From positions 26,522 through 90,521 of the forward strand of contig CAMTVY010000005.1 in the NCBI GenBank assembly GCA_947085325.1: 64,000 bases of DNA, in the 5' to 3' direction. The notes under the pieces were generated by a model. The model did not search any database, was not told the origin of the DNA, and saw only the letters and a program-made list of their open reading frames with translations. Source of the stretch: an uncultured Gammaproteobacteria bacterium. Lineage in GTDB: Bacteria > Pseudomonadota > Gammaproteobacteria > SURF-13. Made by a program: the position numbers and the translations under genes. Positions 22,790 through 33,871 of the stretch are shown piece by piece (positions within the stretch are counted from its first letter, which is position 1; the number at the start of each line of letters is the position of its first letter).

Positions 22790-24047
22790 GGTGTATGCGC
22801 TGGCCCAGCATTTCCGGAGTTACCAGCACCACGCCGCCCGGCGTCACATGAAAGCGCTTGGTGTCTTCGGCATGATCGAGACCGATCACTGTGCCATTCT
22901 CTATCACACAAGCCTTGTCGATAATGACTTTCTGCAGCGAGCAGTGACGCCCTATTTTTACATCCGGCAGGATGACGGAATCGGTGATGGTGGAATGGGG
23001 CTCGATAACCACATTGGAAAACAACAGGGAGCGGCGCACCGTAGCGCCAGAAACGATGCAGCCTCCTGAGACGACCGAGTCCACAGCCATACCGCGCCGA
23101 TCTTCTGCATCAAACACGAATTTGGCGGGTGGCAGCTGTGCCTGATAGGTCCAGATCGGCCAGTCCTCATCATACAGATTAAGCTCCGGCGTGACACCGA
23201 CCAGCTCCATATTGGCCTCCCAGAAAGCGTCCACCGTGCCCACGTCGCGCCAATAGGCGCATTTCCCGGTATCGGGATCCAGGAACGGGAAGGCCACCAC
23301 CTGATATTTTTTGATCGCTTCGGGAATGATGTCCTTGCCAAAATCGTGCGAGGAGTGGGTCGATCCGGCGTCCTTGATCAATTGCTCGTAGAGAAATTCG
23401 GCGTTGAATACATAGATGCCCATCGAACATAACGCTACGTCGGTGCGGCCCGGCAGGGGTTCCGGGTTGGCGGGTTTTTCCTGGAAATCCACTACACGTG
23501 CATGCTCCTGCACACTGATGATGCCGAAGGCGCTGGCCTGTTCCAGTGGCACTTCAATGCAGCCCACGGTCAGGTCGGCGTTGTGCAAGGCATGGAAGGC
23601 GATCATCTGGCCATAGTCCATTTTGTATACGTGATCGCCACCAAGGATAAGAATATATTTCGCCTTGTGGCCGCGAATGATGTCGAGGTTCTGGAACACG
23701 GCGTCGGCGGTGCCGGTGTACCATGAAGTTTCAATGCGCTGTTGGGCCGGCAGCAACTCGACGAATTCGCCAAACTCTCCGCGCATGAAGCCCCAGCCAC
23801 GCTGGATATGGCCGATGAGCGAATGGGCCTTGTATTGTGTCAGTACCGAGATGCTGCGTATGCCGGAGTTGATGCAGTTGGAGAGGGGGAAGTCGATGAT
23901 GCGGAACTTGCCGCCGAAGGGAACTGCGGGCTTGGCGCGCCAGAGTGTCAGGTGCTCCAGGCGTGAACCTCGACCCCCGGCCAGAATCAAGGCCAGTGTA
24001 TTGCGCATGCGGCGGCGTTCGAATCGGCGAATATGACCTGGATGCAT
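22779..24047 (-). CDS. glgC: Glucose-1-phosphate adenylyltransferase
   Basis: [35 protein letters not shown]; ATG 24047 follows AGGAG. Confidence 0.98.
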   Translation of the reverse strand: MHPGHIRRFERRRMRNTLALILAGGRGSRLEHLTLWRAKPAVPFGGKFRIIDFPLSNCINSGIRSISVLTQYKAHSLIGHIQRGWGFMRGEFGEFVELLPAQQRIETSWYTGTADAVFQNLDIIRGHKAKYILILGGDHVYKMDYGQMIAFHALHNADLTVGCIEVPLEQASAFGIISVQEHARVVDFQEKPANPEPLPGRTDVALCSMGIYVFNAEFLYEQLIKDAGSTHSSHDFGKDIIPEAIKKYQVVAFPFLDPDTGKCAYWRDVGTVDAFWEANMELVGVTPELNLYDEDWPIWTYQAQLPPAKFVFDAEDRRGMAVDSVVSGGCIVSGATVRRSLLFSNVVIEPHSTITDSVILPDVKIGRHCSLQKVIIDKACVIENGTVIGLDHAEDTKRFHVTPGGVVLVTPEMLGQRIHHAR

Positions 24048-24262
24048 GGGTTCTCCTTGTATCAATTAAGGCAGTAGAGGTCATCCGCCGCGAGGGGCCT
24101 GTATGTCAACTGCAATCGAAAACGCCTGTCGCTACCCAAGCCTCGTTTATATATTGAAGAGTATATTGTATGGTACAGATATACCAACAGAAAATAGCAA
24201 CATTCGGGCCAGTTTTTATCCATCCCGGCGGGTTGGGTGTTGCCCGCCGGATGAGGCGGGGG

Positions 24263-24607
24263 TTATGCCGCGCGAAACATGAAATATACCGCACCCAGCA
24301 GACACAGACCCGCCCATAGAAAATCCAGCTTCATGGGCTGCTGCATATAGAAGATGGCGAATGGCACAAACACCGCCAGCGTAATAATTTCCTGTAACAG
24401 CTTTAACTGCGCGAGGCTTAGCTCGCTGTAACCGATGCGGTTGGCAGGGACTTGCAGCAAGTACTCGAACAGTGCGATACCCCAGCTTATCAGGGCGGCG
24501 AGATACCACGCCTTGTCGTTGAGATTTTTAAGGTGTGCGTACCACGCAAAGGTCATGAACACATTGGAAAGCACCAGCAGCAGCGTGGTTTGCAGTATGA
24601 CGGACAT
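24263..24607 (-). CDS. Small DMT-superfamily membrane protein (DUF486-like)
   Basis: SNVFMTFAWYAHLK, SWGIALFEYLLQVPANRIG, QLKLLQEIIT. Confidence 0.9.
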   Translation of the reverse strand: MSVILQTTLLLVLSNVFMTFAWYAHLKNLNDKAWYLAALISWGIALFEYLLQVPANRIGYSELSLAQLKLLQEIITLAVFVPFAIFYMQQPMKLDFLWAGLCLLGAVYFMFRAA

Positions 24608-24625
24608 GCAGACAGAGGCCGGTTT

Positions 24626-26344
24626 TCAGCGCCCCGGCTCCGCGAGCTGCGACTGCATGAAGGCAACGATGCCTGACAGGGGCATATTTCTGCTTTCGCT
24701 GTCACGCCGTCCCTGATGCTCAATCGTGCCTGCATCCAGGCCGCGCTCACCCAGTACCAGGCGATGTGGGATGCCGATCAGCTCCATGTCGGCAAACATC
24801 ACGCCGGGACGCAACGGGCGGTCATCAAACAATACCTCTATGCCGCTGTCCTGAAGTTCCTGATAGAGCTGCTCTGCGGCTTCGCACACACGCGGTGACT
24901 TCTGCATGTTCATCGGCAATAGCGCTACCTGGTACGGCGCAATCGACAGCGGCCAGATGATGCCACGTGCGTCGTTGTTCTGTTCGATGGCGGCGGCGAC
25001 GATACGAGAGACGCCAATACCGTAGCAGCCCATGGTCATTACTGTTGACTGACCGGCCTGGTCGAGCACGGCAGCGTTCAGTGCGGCGCTGTATTTGGTG
25101 CCGAGCTGGAAGATGTGACCGACCTCAATGCCGCGCGCGATAGAAAGTGTGCCCTGGCCATCGGGGGCAGGGTCGCCCGCGACGACGTTGCGGATATCTG
25201 CGACCAGCGGCTCGGGCAGATCGCGCCCCCAGTTGACGCCGGTGTAATGGTTGCCCTCCTGATTCGCGCCGCAGACGAAATCAGCGAGCTGTGCGGCGGC
25301 ACGATCGACAATCACGTCGATTTTCAAGCCCACCGGGCCGAGCGAGCCGGGTTCGCAGCTGGCGGCGGCGCGCACCTGTGCGCCGGTTGCGAAGACAACC
25401 GGGCTCGCGACCTGCTCCAGTTTGCCGGCCTTGACCATGTTGAGTTCGTGGTCGCCGCGCAGCACCAGTGCAACCACATCGGCATGGGCGCCTTGTACCA
25501 ACAGTGTTTTGATGCATTGTTCGCGCGGTACTTTCAGAAACTGGCTCACGTCATCAATGCTGTGCTGGCCATGCGTGGCAACGCACTGCATCGGGTGTTG
25601 CGCAGAGCGGCGTTTCCCGCCAGATGTTACGGCCTCCGCCAGTTCCACGTTGGCGGCGTAGTCGCTGGCATCCGAAAATGCGATGGCGTCTTCGCCGGAC
25701 GCGGCGAGTACGTGAAATTCCTGCGAGCCGCTGCCGCCGATGGCGCCGGTGTCGGCGTATACCGCCCGGAACTTCAGGCCGAGGCGCGTAAAGATGCGTG
25801 TGTAGGCCTGGTGCATGGCGTCGTAGGTTTCCTGCAAGGAAGCCTGGTCGAGATGGAAAGAGTAGGCGTCTTTCATCAAAAACTCGCGGGCGCGCATGAT
25901 GCCGAAGCGCGGACGCGGTTCGTCGCGGAATTTGGTCTGGATCTGGTAGAACATCGCAGGCAATTGCTTGTAGCTGCGGATTTCGTTGCGAATGAGGTCG
26001 GTGATAACCTCTTCATGGGTGGGGCCGAAGCAGAAGTCACGCTGATGGCGATCCTTGATGCGCAGCATTTCGGAGCCATAAAAACCCCACCGGCCAGACT
26101 CCTGCCACAATTCGGCAGGCTGGATCGCCGGCAGCAGCACCTCCTGCGCGCCGACGCGATCCATCTCCGCACGTACGATGGCTTCCACTTTGCGCAGCAC
26201 GCGCAGGCCGAGTGGCAGCCAGCTGTAGATGCCGGCAGCCAGCTTGCGGATCATGCCCGCACGCAACATCAACTGGTGGCTGATGACCTCGGCGTCGGCG
26301 GGAACTTCTTTGAGTGTGGGAAGCAGTAGTCGGGATGTGCGCAT
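24626..26344 (-). CDS. proS: Proline--tRNA ligase
   Basis: [43 protein letters not shown]. Confidence 0.99.
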   Translation of the reverse strand: MRTSRLLLPTLKEVPADAEVISHQLMLRAGMIRKLAAGIYSWLPLGLRVLRKVEAIVRAEMDRVGAQEVLLPAIQPAELWQESGRWGFYGSEMLRIKDRHQRDFCFGPTHEEVITDLIRNEIRSYKQLPAMFYQIQTKFRDEPRPRFGIMRAREFLMKDAYSFHLDQASLQETYDAMHQAYTRIFTRLGLKFRAVYADTGAIGGSGSQEFHVLAASGEDAIAFSDASDYAANVELAEAVTSGGKRRSAQHPMQCVATHGQHSIDDVSQFLKVPREQCIKTLLVQGAHADVVALVLRGDHELNMVKAGKLEQVASPVVFATGAQVRAAASCEPGSLGPVGLKIDVIVDRAAAQLADFVCGANQEGNHYTGVNWGRDLPEPLVADIRNVVAGDPAPDGQGTLSIARGIEVGHIFQLGTKYSAALNAAVLDQAGQSTVMTMGCYGIGVSRIVAAAIEQNNDARGIIWPLSIAPYQVALLPMNMQKSPRVCEAAEQLYQELQDSGIEVLFDDRPLRPGVMFADMELIGIPHRLVLGERGLDAGTIEHQGRRDSESRNMPLSGIVAFMQSQLAEPGR

Positions 26345-26366
26345 GTGTTGACGGGTCGCCGGAAAT

Positions 26367-27057
<691 letters not shown>

Positions 27058-27109
27058 TGCGAAACCACGCGGTATCCGCCTTCCGTTCCTGATGTGCATG
27101 GATATGCCC

Positions 27110-27406
27110 ATGATTGTATCTCGCCTCCGCTACCTTGCGCCGCTCATGTTCAGCATGATGCTGGGTTGCACCAGCATTCCTACCCAGGAGATGAGCGATG
27201 CGCGCCAGGCGGTGCAGGCCGCACGTGAGGCGAACGCGGGCCAGCTTGCGCCGGAGATTATGGAAGGTGCGGAAACGTTGCTTAACCGGGCCAAGCAGGC
27301 GCTCGATGCGGGGGCCTATAACCAGGCGCGCGATGAAGCCGTCGCGGCACGGCGCGAAGCGATCAAGGCACGTAGCGAAGCACTGAAGGCCGCGCCCTCA
27401 CCTTAA
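27110..27406 (+). CDS. Small helical lipoprotein, DUF4398-like
   Basis: Lipobox-like MLGC followed by PTQEMSDARQAVQAAREA; start uncertain (ATGs at 27092-27110). Confidence 0.8.
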   Translation: MIVSRLRYLAPLMFSMMLGCTSIPTQEMSDARQAVQAAREANAGQLAPEIMEGAETLLNRAKQALDAGAYNQARDEAVAARREAIKARSEALKAAPSP

Positions 27407-27464
27407 AAGTCAGGCTTTTGGATGCGGTATCCGGGTTAACCAGCCGCAACAGAGCTGCGCGGTG

Positions 27465-27629
27465 TCACACTTCGATCATTTCAAAATCTTCTTTGCCGGC
27501 GCCGCATTCCGGGCATTTCCAGTTCAGCGGGATATCCTCCCATTTTGTTCCGGGTGGAATGCCCTCCTGGGGCAGGCCTGCGGCCTCATCGTAGATAAAG
27601 CCGCAGATCACGCACATATATGACTTCAT
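27465..27629 (-). CDS. Rubredoxin (54 aa, not in ORF track)
   Basis: Manual translation [54 protein letters not shown]; AGGAG SD. Confidence 0.97.
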   Translation of the reverse strand: MKSYMCVICGFIYDEAAGLPQEGIPPGTKWEDIPLNWKCPECGAGKEDFEMIEV

Positions 27630-27749
27630 TAAAACTCCTGATGGTGGGCGACAGGCCGTCGTCAGCCGGTCACGAAACGCTATTTTCGCACGTCCTTGCA
27701 GCGGATGAAACCGTCCTCACTGCGGGACACAAATGCTATAGTACGAACT

Positions 27750-28559
27750 ATGCCTAACAAGCCTGAAAATCCCCCGGTGGTGATGGTGTTCGCAGGGAGC
27801 GATCCCACCGGCGGTGCAGGGCTGCAAGCCGATATCGAAGTGTTGGCGAGCCAGGGCTGCCACGCAGCATCAGTGATTACTGCAATCACCGCACAGGACA
27901 CGACAGGCATCAAGGATTGCATGGCGGTTGATGCCACCCTGGTGATCGAGCAGGCGCGCGCTGTGCTTGAGGATATGCCGGTAGCGGCCTTCAAGATCGG
28001 CATGCTGGGTAGCCGCGCGGTGGCCGAGGCTGTACATACCATTCTCAAGGACTACCCCGGTGTGCCTGTGGTGCTTGATCCCGTGCTCGCTTCCGCAGGG
28101 GGCTATGAACTGGCCGATGCATCGCTGCAGGCCGCCATGATTGCACTCTTGCTGCCCTTGGCCACCGTGCTCACGCCCAACAGCCTGGAGGCGCGGGCGC
28201 TGGCATCCGCTGCCGATACCCTGGACGCCTGCGCCCAGCAATTAATGGAGTATGGCAGCGAGTTTGTGCTGGTGACCGGCACGCACGAAAACACGGCTGA
28301 GGTCATCAACACCCTGTATGGCAATCATCGTAAACTGGAAACCTTTCACTGGGAACGTTTGCCGGGCAGCTATCATGGCTCCGGCTGCACGCTGGCGTCG
28401 GCCATAGCGGGCATGCTGGCGCACGGGCTTGAACCGTTCACCGCGATACATGAGGCCCAGCAGTACACCTGGAATGCGCTCAAGCACGCGCGCCGCCTGG
28501 GTAAAGGACAGTATCTGCCCAACCGCCTGTTTTGGGTGCAGCACGAAGACGGCGAATGA
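27750..28559 (+). CDS. thiD: Hydroxymethylpyrimidine/phosphomethylpyrimidine kinase
   Basis: FAGSDPTGGAGLQAD, FKIGMLGS, LDPVL, LTPN..EA, HGSGCTLASA. Confidence 0.93.
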   Translation: MPNKPENPPVVMVFAGSDPTGGAGLQADIEVLASQGCHAASVITAITAQDTTGIKDCMAVDATLVIEQARAVLEDMPVAAFKIGMLGSRAVAEAVHTILKDYPGVPVVLDPVLASAGGYELADASLQAAMIALLLPLATVLTPNSLEARALASAADTLDACAQQLMEYGSEFVLVTGTHENTAEVINTLYGNHRKLETFHWERLPGSYHGSGCTLASAIAGMLAHGLEPFTAIHEAQQYTWNALKHARRLGKGQYLPNRLFWVQHEDGE

Positions 28560-29221
28560 CCGGCCTTGCCTCCCTGGCAGGTACGGAAAGGCTGCGCTTG
28601 CGCGGTCTGTACGGGATTACCGGCGCTGATGCGCTGGGTGTTGAGAGGCTGGTGCAGAGGGTGACGCAGGCCCTGGAGGGCGGCGCTGCACTGATACAAT
28701 ATCGCGATAAGGGCACGGATACAGTACGCCGATTGTCCGAGGCCTGCGCCCTGCGCGAGGTCTGTCGCAGTTATCAGGTACCCTTCATCATCAATGATGA
28801 TGTGGCGCTGGCGCGTGCAGCGGAGGCGGACGGCGTGCATTTGGGGTGTGACGATGCCGCTATGGACGAGGCACGGCAGCAGTTGGGCCGTAGCGCCATT
28901 ATCGGCGTGTCGTGTTACAACTCATTGATGCGGGCATGCGCGGCAGAGGCTGGCGGGGCAGACTATGTTGCGTTTGGGCGCTTTTTTCCGTCCCACACCA
29001 AACCGCAGGCCGTCACGGCCAGTTTGGAGTTGCTGTGCGCGGCGCGTGCCGAGCTGCGCATCCCGATTGTTGCCATCGGCGGCATCACACCGGACAACGG
29101 TGCGCAACTGATCGCGGCAGGGGCCGACATGCTCGCCGTGGTGGAGGGCGTGTTTGGCGCGGACGATGTTCGCGGCGCGGCACGCTGCTACACACAATTA
29201 TTTGAACAGCAGGAACAATAA
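28556..29221 (+). CDS. thiE: Thiamine-phosphate synthase
   Basis: GLYGIT, QYRDK, FIINDD, GVHLG, PSHTK, VAIGGIT. Confidence 0.96.
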   Translation: MTGLASLAGTERLRLRGLYGITGADALGVERLVQRVTQALEGGAALIQYRDKGTDTVRRLSEACALREVCRSYQVPFIINDDVALARAAEADGVHLGCDDAAMDEARQQLGRSAIIGVSCYNSLMRACAAEAGGADYVAFGRFFPSHTKPQAVTASLELLCAARAELRIPIVAIGGITPDNGAQLIAAGADMLAVVEGVFGADDVRGAARCYTQLFEQQEQ

Positions 29222-29227
29222 TCATGA

Positions 29228-29368
29228 GGACACTTATAAAAATGATGGATTTTGATTCAAGACAAGGCGCAGCGCAGGCGAGCAGCGCAGCATACACGTC
29301 AGTATGTGAGCAGCGGAGACAAGCTGCAACGCAGTATTGGAGCAAAAGACGCATTTTTAGAGGTGCCC
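29228..29368 (+). repeat. ~141-bp ERIC/RPE-like palindromic element
   Basis: Imperfect terminal IR GGACACTTATAAAAATG / CATTTTTAGAGGTGCC; central CATAC-acgtca-GTATG hairpin; CAAGGCG..CAACGCAG arms. Confidence 0.75.
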
Positions 29369-29369
29369 G

Positions 29370-30656
29370 ATGACTAGGTCACACGAACTTTTTGTCGCGG
29401 CCCAGCGGCACATCCCCGGCGGCGTTAATTCGCCGGTGCGCGCTTTTCGCGGCGTGGGCGGCGAGCCGGTGTTTTTCAGTCGCGGCGAAGGCGCGTATCT
29501 CATAGACGAGGACGGCAGGCGCTATATTGACTACGTGGGCTCGTGGGGGCCGATGATTGCAGGCCATGCCCATCCGCAGGTGATTGAAGCAGTCAAGATG
29601 GCGATAGAGCAGGGCCTGGGTTTTGGCGCACCTACCGCGATTGAGACTGCGATGGCGGACAAGGTGTGTGAACTGGTGCCTTCGATTGAAATGGTGCGCA
29701 TGGTCAGTTCGGGCACGGAGGCCACCATGAGCGCCATCCGCCTTGCACGCGGATTCACCGGTCGCGACAAAATCATCAAGTTTGAAGGTTGTTATCACGG
29801 CCATTCCGACTCGTTGCTGGTGAAGGCCGGTTCCGGCGCGCTCACCCTGGGCGTGCCGACCTCGCCGGGGGTGCCCGCTGCGCTGGCTGAGCATACGCTG
29901 ACGCTCGCCTACAACGATCTTGAGCAGGTGAAGGCCGCCTTTGCGCGTTACAGCGCGGAGATTGCCTGCGTCATCGTTGAGCCGGTGGCGGGTAACATGA
30001 ATTGCGTGCCGCCCGTGCCGGGGTTTCTCGAAGGGCTGCGCAAACTATGCGACGCACACGGCAGCGTATTGATTTTCGATGAAGTGATGACCGGTTTTCG
30101 CGTGGCGCTGGGGGGCGCCCAGCAGTATTATGGCGTGAAGCCGGATATCACCACGTTAGGCAAGGTGATAGGAGGCGGTCTGCCGGTGGGGGCCTTTGGC
30201 GGACGCAAGGACATCATGCAGCAGATTGCACCGCTGGGCCCTGTGTATCAGGCCGGCACGCTGTCGGGTAATCCGGTCGCGATGGCGGCCGGGCTTGCCA
30301 TGCTGCGCCTGGTCAGTGAACCGGATTTCCATGCGCGCCTCAGCGCAACCGCCAAGCGCCTGACGGATGGGCTGGTGCAGCGTGCACAGCAGGCTGGCGT
30401 GCCACTGTGTGCAAACCAGGTGGGCGGCATGTTTGGGTTATTCTTCAGCAGTGAAAAAAGCATCCGCAACTTTGCGCAGGTCATGGCGTGTGATGTCGAG
30501 CGCTTCAAGAAATTCTTTCATGCCATGCTGGAGGAGGGCATCTATCTGGCGCCCTCGGCGTTTGAAGCCGGCTTTGTGTCGAGTGCGCACGGTGACGCCG
30601 AGATCGACGCCACCCTGGCGGCGGCAGAGAAGGTGTTTGCGCGCCTCGTACCCTAG
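29370..30656 (+). CDS. hemL: Glutamate-1-semialdehyde 2,1-aminomutase
   Basis: [48 protein letters not shown]. Confidence 0.99.
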   Translation: MTRSHELFVAAQRHIPGGVNSPVRAFRGVGGEPVFFSRGEGAYLIDEDGRRYIDYVGSWGPMIAGHAHPQVIEAVKMAIEQGLGFGAPTAIETAMADKVCELVPSIEMVRMVSSGTEATMSAIRLARGFTGRDKIIKFEGCYHGHSDSLLVKAGSGALTLGVPTSPGVPAALAEHTLTLAYNDLEQVKAAFARYSAEIACVIVEPVAGNMNCVPPVPGFLEGLRKLCDAHGSVLIFDEVMTGFRVALGGAQQYYGVKPDITTLGKVIGGGLPVGAFGGRKDIMQQIAPLGPVYQAGTLSGNPVAMAAGLAMLRLVSEPDFHARLSATAKRLTDGLVQRAQQAGVPLCANQVGGMFGLFFSSEKSIRNFAQVMACDVERFKKFFHAMLEEGIYLAPSAFEAGFVSSAHGDAEIDATLAAAEKVFARLVP

Positions 30657-30663
30657 CAGGGGT

Positions 30664-31278
30664 TCAGTCCTGCTGGTTTGCGCGCAGGCTCAGCATGTCA
30701 CTCAGCGTTGCATCACGCGTGGCAAAGTGATGCAACAGTCCCATCGCCACATGCCCGATCCAGTACGCCCACACAAAGGTAGCGATAAATTCATGCACCT
30801 CTTTGGCCGCATCAGTAGCGAGATTCAGCTGTCCATTTTCGGGAAGTGCAAAGAACAGGACTGCGCCGGTCAGTGCAGCTCCGGTCACGGCAAGTATACC
30901 GAGCCCATGGATAAGCCCGGAGAGCTTGCCCGGCGGTCCACCTGCGGGCAGGCGCAGCGTCAGTAGTCCACGCAACTCTTGCGTGATAGCGGCACGGTCA
31001 GCAGCTTGCCAGGGAAATAGATGGCGTATGCCGACACCACCCGCACCCCAAAGACTCCATGCCCAGTGCAACAGTACAACCGCAAGCGTCGTCATGCCCA
31101 GCCATTCATGGCTGTGAAACAGCAGGGCCTCAAGGCCGGTGAGTGGATGATCCGGCTCCGGCGCCTCCATCACCAGGCTGTTCAATAATTGCAAGCTCAC
31201 GGTAAGGGCGAGGCCCAGATGCAGGAAGCGGGTGGCGCGATCCCAGCGCTGATGATGTGTGATGTGTGATGTGTTCAT
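30664..31278 (-). CDS. Cytochrome b561-family membrane di-heme protein
   Basis: Four TM helices with His ligands (RFLH, HEWLG, HGLG, VHE/GH). Confidence 0.85.
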   Translation of the reverse strand: MNTSHITHHQRWDRATRFLHLGLALTVSLQLLNSLVMEAPEPDHPLTGLEALLFHSHEWLGMTTLAVVLLHWAWSLWGAGGVGIRHLFPWQAADRAAITQELRGLLTLRLPAGGPPGKLSGLIHGLGILAVTGAALTGAVLFFALPENGQLNLATDAAKEVHEFIATFVWAYWIGHVAMGLLHHFATRDATLSDMLSLRANQQD

Positions 31279-31294
31279 GATCGATCTCCAGTGA

Positions 31295-31324
31295 GCACGC
31301 CGGGCAGCAAGCTGTCCGGCATGC
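31295..31324. other. Intercistronic hairpin
   Basis: GCACGCCGGGCAGC-AA-GCTGTCCGGCATGC, no U tract. Confidence 0.5.
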
Positions 31325-31340
31325 GCTGACAGTAGTAAAT

Positions 31341-31634
31341 TTAACTCTTTCGGTCATCCTCGGCGGACTCTTCCTGATCAGCATCAGAGGCCTCCTCTTC
31401 CTCCTCTGCATCCTCCTTTGAGTCCTTGTGAGCCTTGCCTTTGCTCATGCGGGCGTGCTCTTTATCCGTGGCGTCATGTTTCCGGGTTTCACTGCTTTCG
31501 GGGTGCGCAGACGAGTCTTTGCCGGATTTCACTGTAGCGGCGGTGTCCTCGGCAGCAACTGCTGTGCCAGCCAGGCCCAGTGTAAGCAGGGCAGCAGCCA
31601 GTGCAGCAGCACTCAGTGTGTTTCTGTGTAACAT
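31341..31634 (-). CDS. Secreted low-complexity His/Lys-rich then acidic small protein (97 aa)
   Basis: GAGGAG SD, signal peptide ending AVA, tail EDAEEEEEASDADQEESAEDD. Confidence 0.8.
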   Translation of the reverse strand: MLHRNTLSAAALAAALLTLGLAGTAVAAEDTAATVKSGKDSSAHPESSETRKHDATDKEHARMSKGKAHKDSKEDAEEEEEASDADQEESAEDDRKS

Positions 31635-31724
31635 GATGTAGCTCCTCTGTGGATGACGTGTTGAACCATTCAGCACGTTGGAACAGAGCATGGCACCGGC
31701 CACATTACCTCCATCTTTCCGCAG

Positions 31725-31742
31725 CATTAAAAATTGGTAATG
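31725..31742. promoter_or_regulatory. Putative CopR/CusR-type response-regulator box
   Basis: CATTAAA-AATT-GGTAATG palindrome between divergent genes; additional CATTACC half site at 31703. Confidence 0.5.
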
Positions 31743-31775
31743 TCACAGACCCATGCGCTGGCTTATGATGGGGGC

Positions 31776-32450
31776 ATGCGTATTCTGGTGATTGAAGACG
31801 ACCGTCAGGCGGCGGCCTATCTGGTTAAAGGCCTGAAAGAGAGCGGCTACGCGGTGGATCACGCCGCCAATGCGGGGGAGGGCAGCCACCTCGCGTTGCA
31901 GGAGAACTATGACGCCATGATTATCGACCGCATGCTGCCCGGGGGTGACGGCCTGTCCATCATCGAAGCGCTACGGGGGCGTGGCAATGCCACACCCGTG
32001 CTAATCCTGAGTGCGTTGGGTGAGGTGGACGACCGCGTCAAGGGTCTGCGTGCCGGGGGTGACGACTATCTTACCAAGCCCTATGCCTTTTCCGAGCTGC
32101 TGGCACGGCTTGAAGCGCTGTTGCGCAGGCGCGCGGGCGGCGTAGATGGCCAGCTGCGCGTTGCCGATCTGGAGATGGATCTGCTGGCGCGCAGCGTGAC
32201 ACGCGGCGGTACGCGCATTGATTTACAACCGCGCGAATTCCGTTTGCTTGAATATCTGATGCGTCACAGCAATCAGGTGGTCACGCGTACCATGCTGCTT
32301 GAGCATGTGTGGGATTACCACTTTGATCCGCAGACCAATGTGATCGACGTCCATATCAGCCGTTTGCGCCAGAAGATCGACAAGAGCTTTTCCACGCCAC
32401 TGTTGCATACGGTGCGCGGCGCCGGGTATTGCCTGCGTGCGCCTGCCTAA
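31776..32450 (+). CDS. OmpR-family response regulator (CusR/CopR-like)
   Basis: MRILVIEDD, IDRMLPG, GDDYLTKP, VWDYHFDPQTNVIDVHI, TVRGAGY. Confidence 0.96.
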   Translation: MRILVIEDDRQAAAYLVKGLKESGYAVDHAANAGEGSHLALQENYDAMIIDRMLPGGDGLSIIEALRGRGNATPVLILSALGEVDDRVKGLRAGGDDYLTKPYAFSELLARLEALLRRRAGGVDGQLRVADLEMDLLARSVTRGGTRIDLQPREFRLLEYLMRHSNQVVTRTMLLEHVWDYHFDPQTNVIDVHISRLRQKIDKSFSTPLLHTVRGAGYCLRAPA

Positions 32451-33816
32451 TCTCTTCCGCACCAGCGCATTCCGCGTGGCGCTGCTGTATGCGGCCCTGT
32501 TCGGAGGTTCCGGCTTTGCCGCACTCGGTTTTGTGTACTGGACGACCACAAACTACCTGGAAGCGCAAACTGATACGGTGATACGCGCAGAGATGGATGT
32601 CCTGCGCGAGACCTATCAGCGCACAGGTCTGAAGGGCCTGCAACGCAGCGTCGACGAGCGCTCCGCAGTGGGTGATGACACAGACCATATCTATCTGCTT
32701 GCCAGCCCGGACTACACACCGTTGGCGGGAAATCTGCCGGTCTGGCCGGAGAGTCTGCGTGCGGGCGATGCGTGGGCCCGTTTGATACTCACGGAGCACG
32801 ACAAGGATGAAGAGCATGACGCTCGTGAGGCGCGCGCGCTGAGTGTCACCCTGCCGGGCGCGCTGCATCTGTTGGTCGGGCGCGACCTGCACGAACGCGA
32901 GGAATTGCGCGAACACACGCTAGGCACTCTATTCTGGGCGCTGGGCGTCATTCTCACGCTTGCGCTCGTCGGCGGACTGGCACTGAGCCGGGGTGTGCTG
33001 CGGCGCATCGAACATATCAACCGTGCCAGCCGCGAGATCATGGCCGGACATTTCGATCAGCGCATGCCGCTCAGCGGCAGCGGCGATGAATTCGACCAAC
33101 TGGCGCAGAATTTAAATCTCATGCTGGAACGGATCGAGCGCCTGATGAACGGGTTGCGGGAGGTTACCGATAACGTCGCGCACGACCTGCGCAGTCCATT
33201 GACCCGGTTGCGCAGCCGTCTTGAACACAGCCAGCGCGGGGCACAGGACAGCGCTGAGTATCGCAGCGTCATCGAACAAACGATACGCGACGTCGACGGG
33301 CTGCTGGCCACGTTCAATGCCCTGCTCAGCATTGCCCAGCTGGAGGCGGGAGCACGCCGTGGCGACTGGGAGATGCTGGATGCCGGTGTCTTGACGAATG
33401 ATGTGGCTGAACTGTATCAGCCGCTGGCCGAGGAGCAGGGTGACACGCTGACAGCCGACATCGAGGCGGGGCTTGTCCTGCATGGCAGCCGTGAGCTGCT
33501 CTCGCAGGCGCTCGCCAACCTGCTCGATAATGCTATTAAATATACACCCTGTGGCAGCCGCATCCGGCTCAGCGCGGTGCGCGTTGACGAGGCTCTTGAG
33601 CTCTGTGTAGCTGATGATGGCCCTGGTATTCCAGCCGAGGCGCGTGAGCGGGTGCTGGAACGTTTCGTCCGCCTTGATGCCAGCCGGCACCAGCCGGGCA
33701 GTGGGCTTGGTCTTAGCCTGGTGCGTGCGGTTGCACGGCTGCACCGCGCTACACTGCAACTGGACGATAATCATCCGGGCCTGAAGGTAACATTACGCTT
33801 TCCTCTGTCACCGTAA
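32437..33816 (+). CDS. HAMP-domain sensor histidine kinase
   Basis: Two TM helices, DEFDQL, AHDLRSPL, NLLDNAIKY, DDGPGI, GSGLGL. Confidence 0.96.
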   Translation: MRLPNLFRTSAFRVALLYAALFGGSGFAALGFVYWTTTNYLEAQTDTVIRAEMDVLRETYQRTGLKGLQRSVDERSAVGDDTDHIYLLASPDYTPLAGNLPVWPESLRAGDAWARLILTEHDKDEEHDAREARALSVTLPGALHLLVGRDLHEREELREHTLGTLFWALGVILTLALVGGLALSRGVLRRIEHINRASREIMAGHFDQRMPLSGSGDEFDQLAQNLNLMLERIERLMNGLREVTDNVAHDLRSPLTRLRSRLEHSQRGAQDSAEYRSVIEQTIRDVDGLLATFNALLSIAQLEAGARRGDWEMLDAGVLTNDVAELYQPLAEEQGDTLTADIEAGLVLHGSRELLSQALANLLDNAIKYTPCGSRIRLSAVRVDEALELCVADDGPGIPAEARERVLERFVRLDASRHQPGSGLGLSLVRAVARLHRATLQLDDNHPGLKVTLRFPLSP

Positions 33817-33871
33817 CGCGGCAGGCCTCCTTTCCTTTACAATAGTTGCTGTAGTCTCCCGGGGTATTTCA

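Noticed and set aside
24221-24253. Hairpin after the DMT gene as a terminator
   Set aside because: No U tract follows the stem on either strand.
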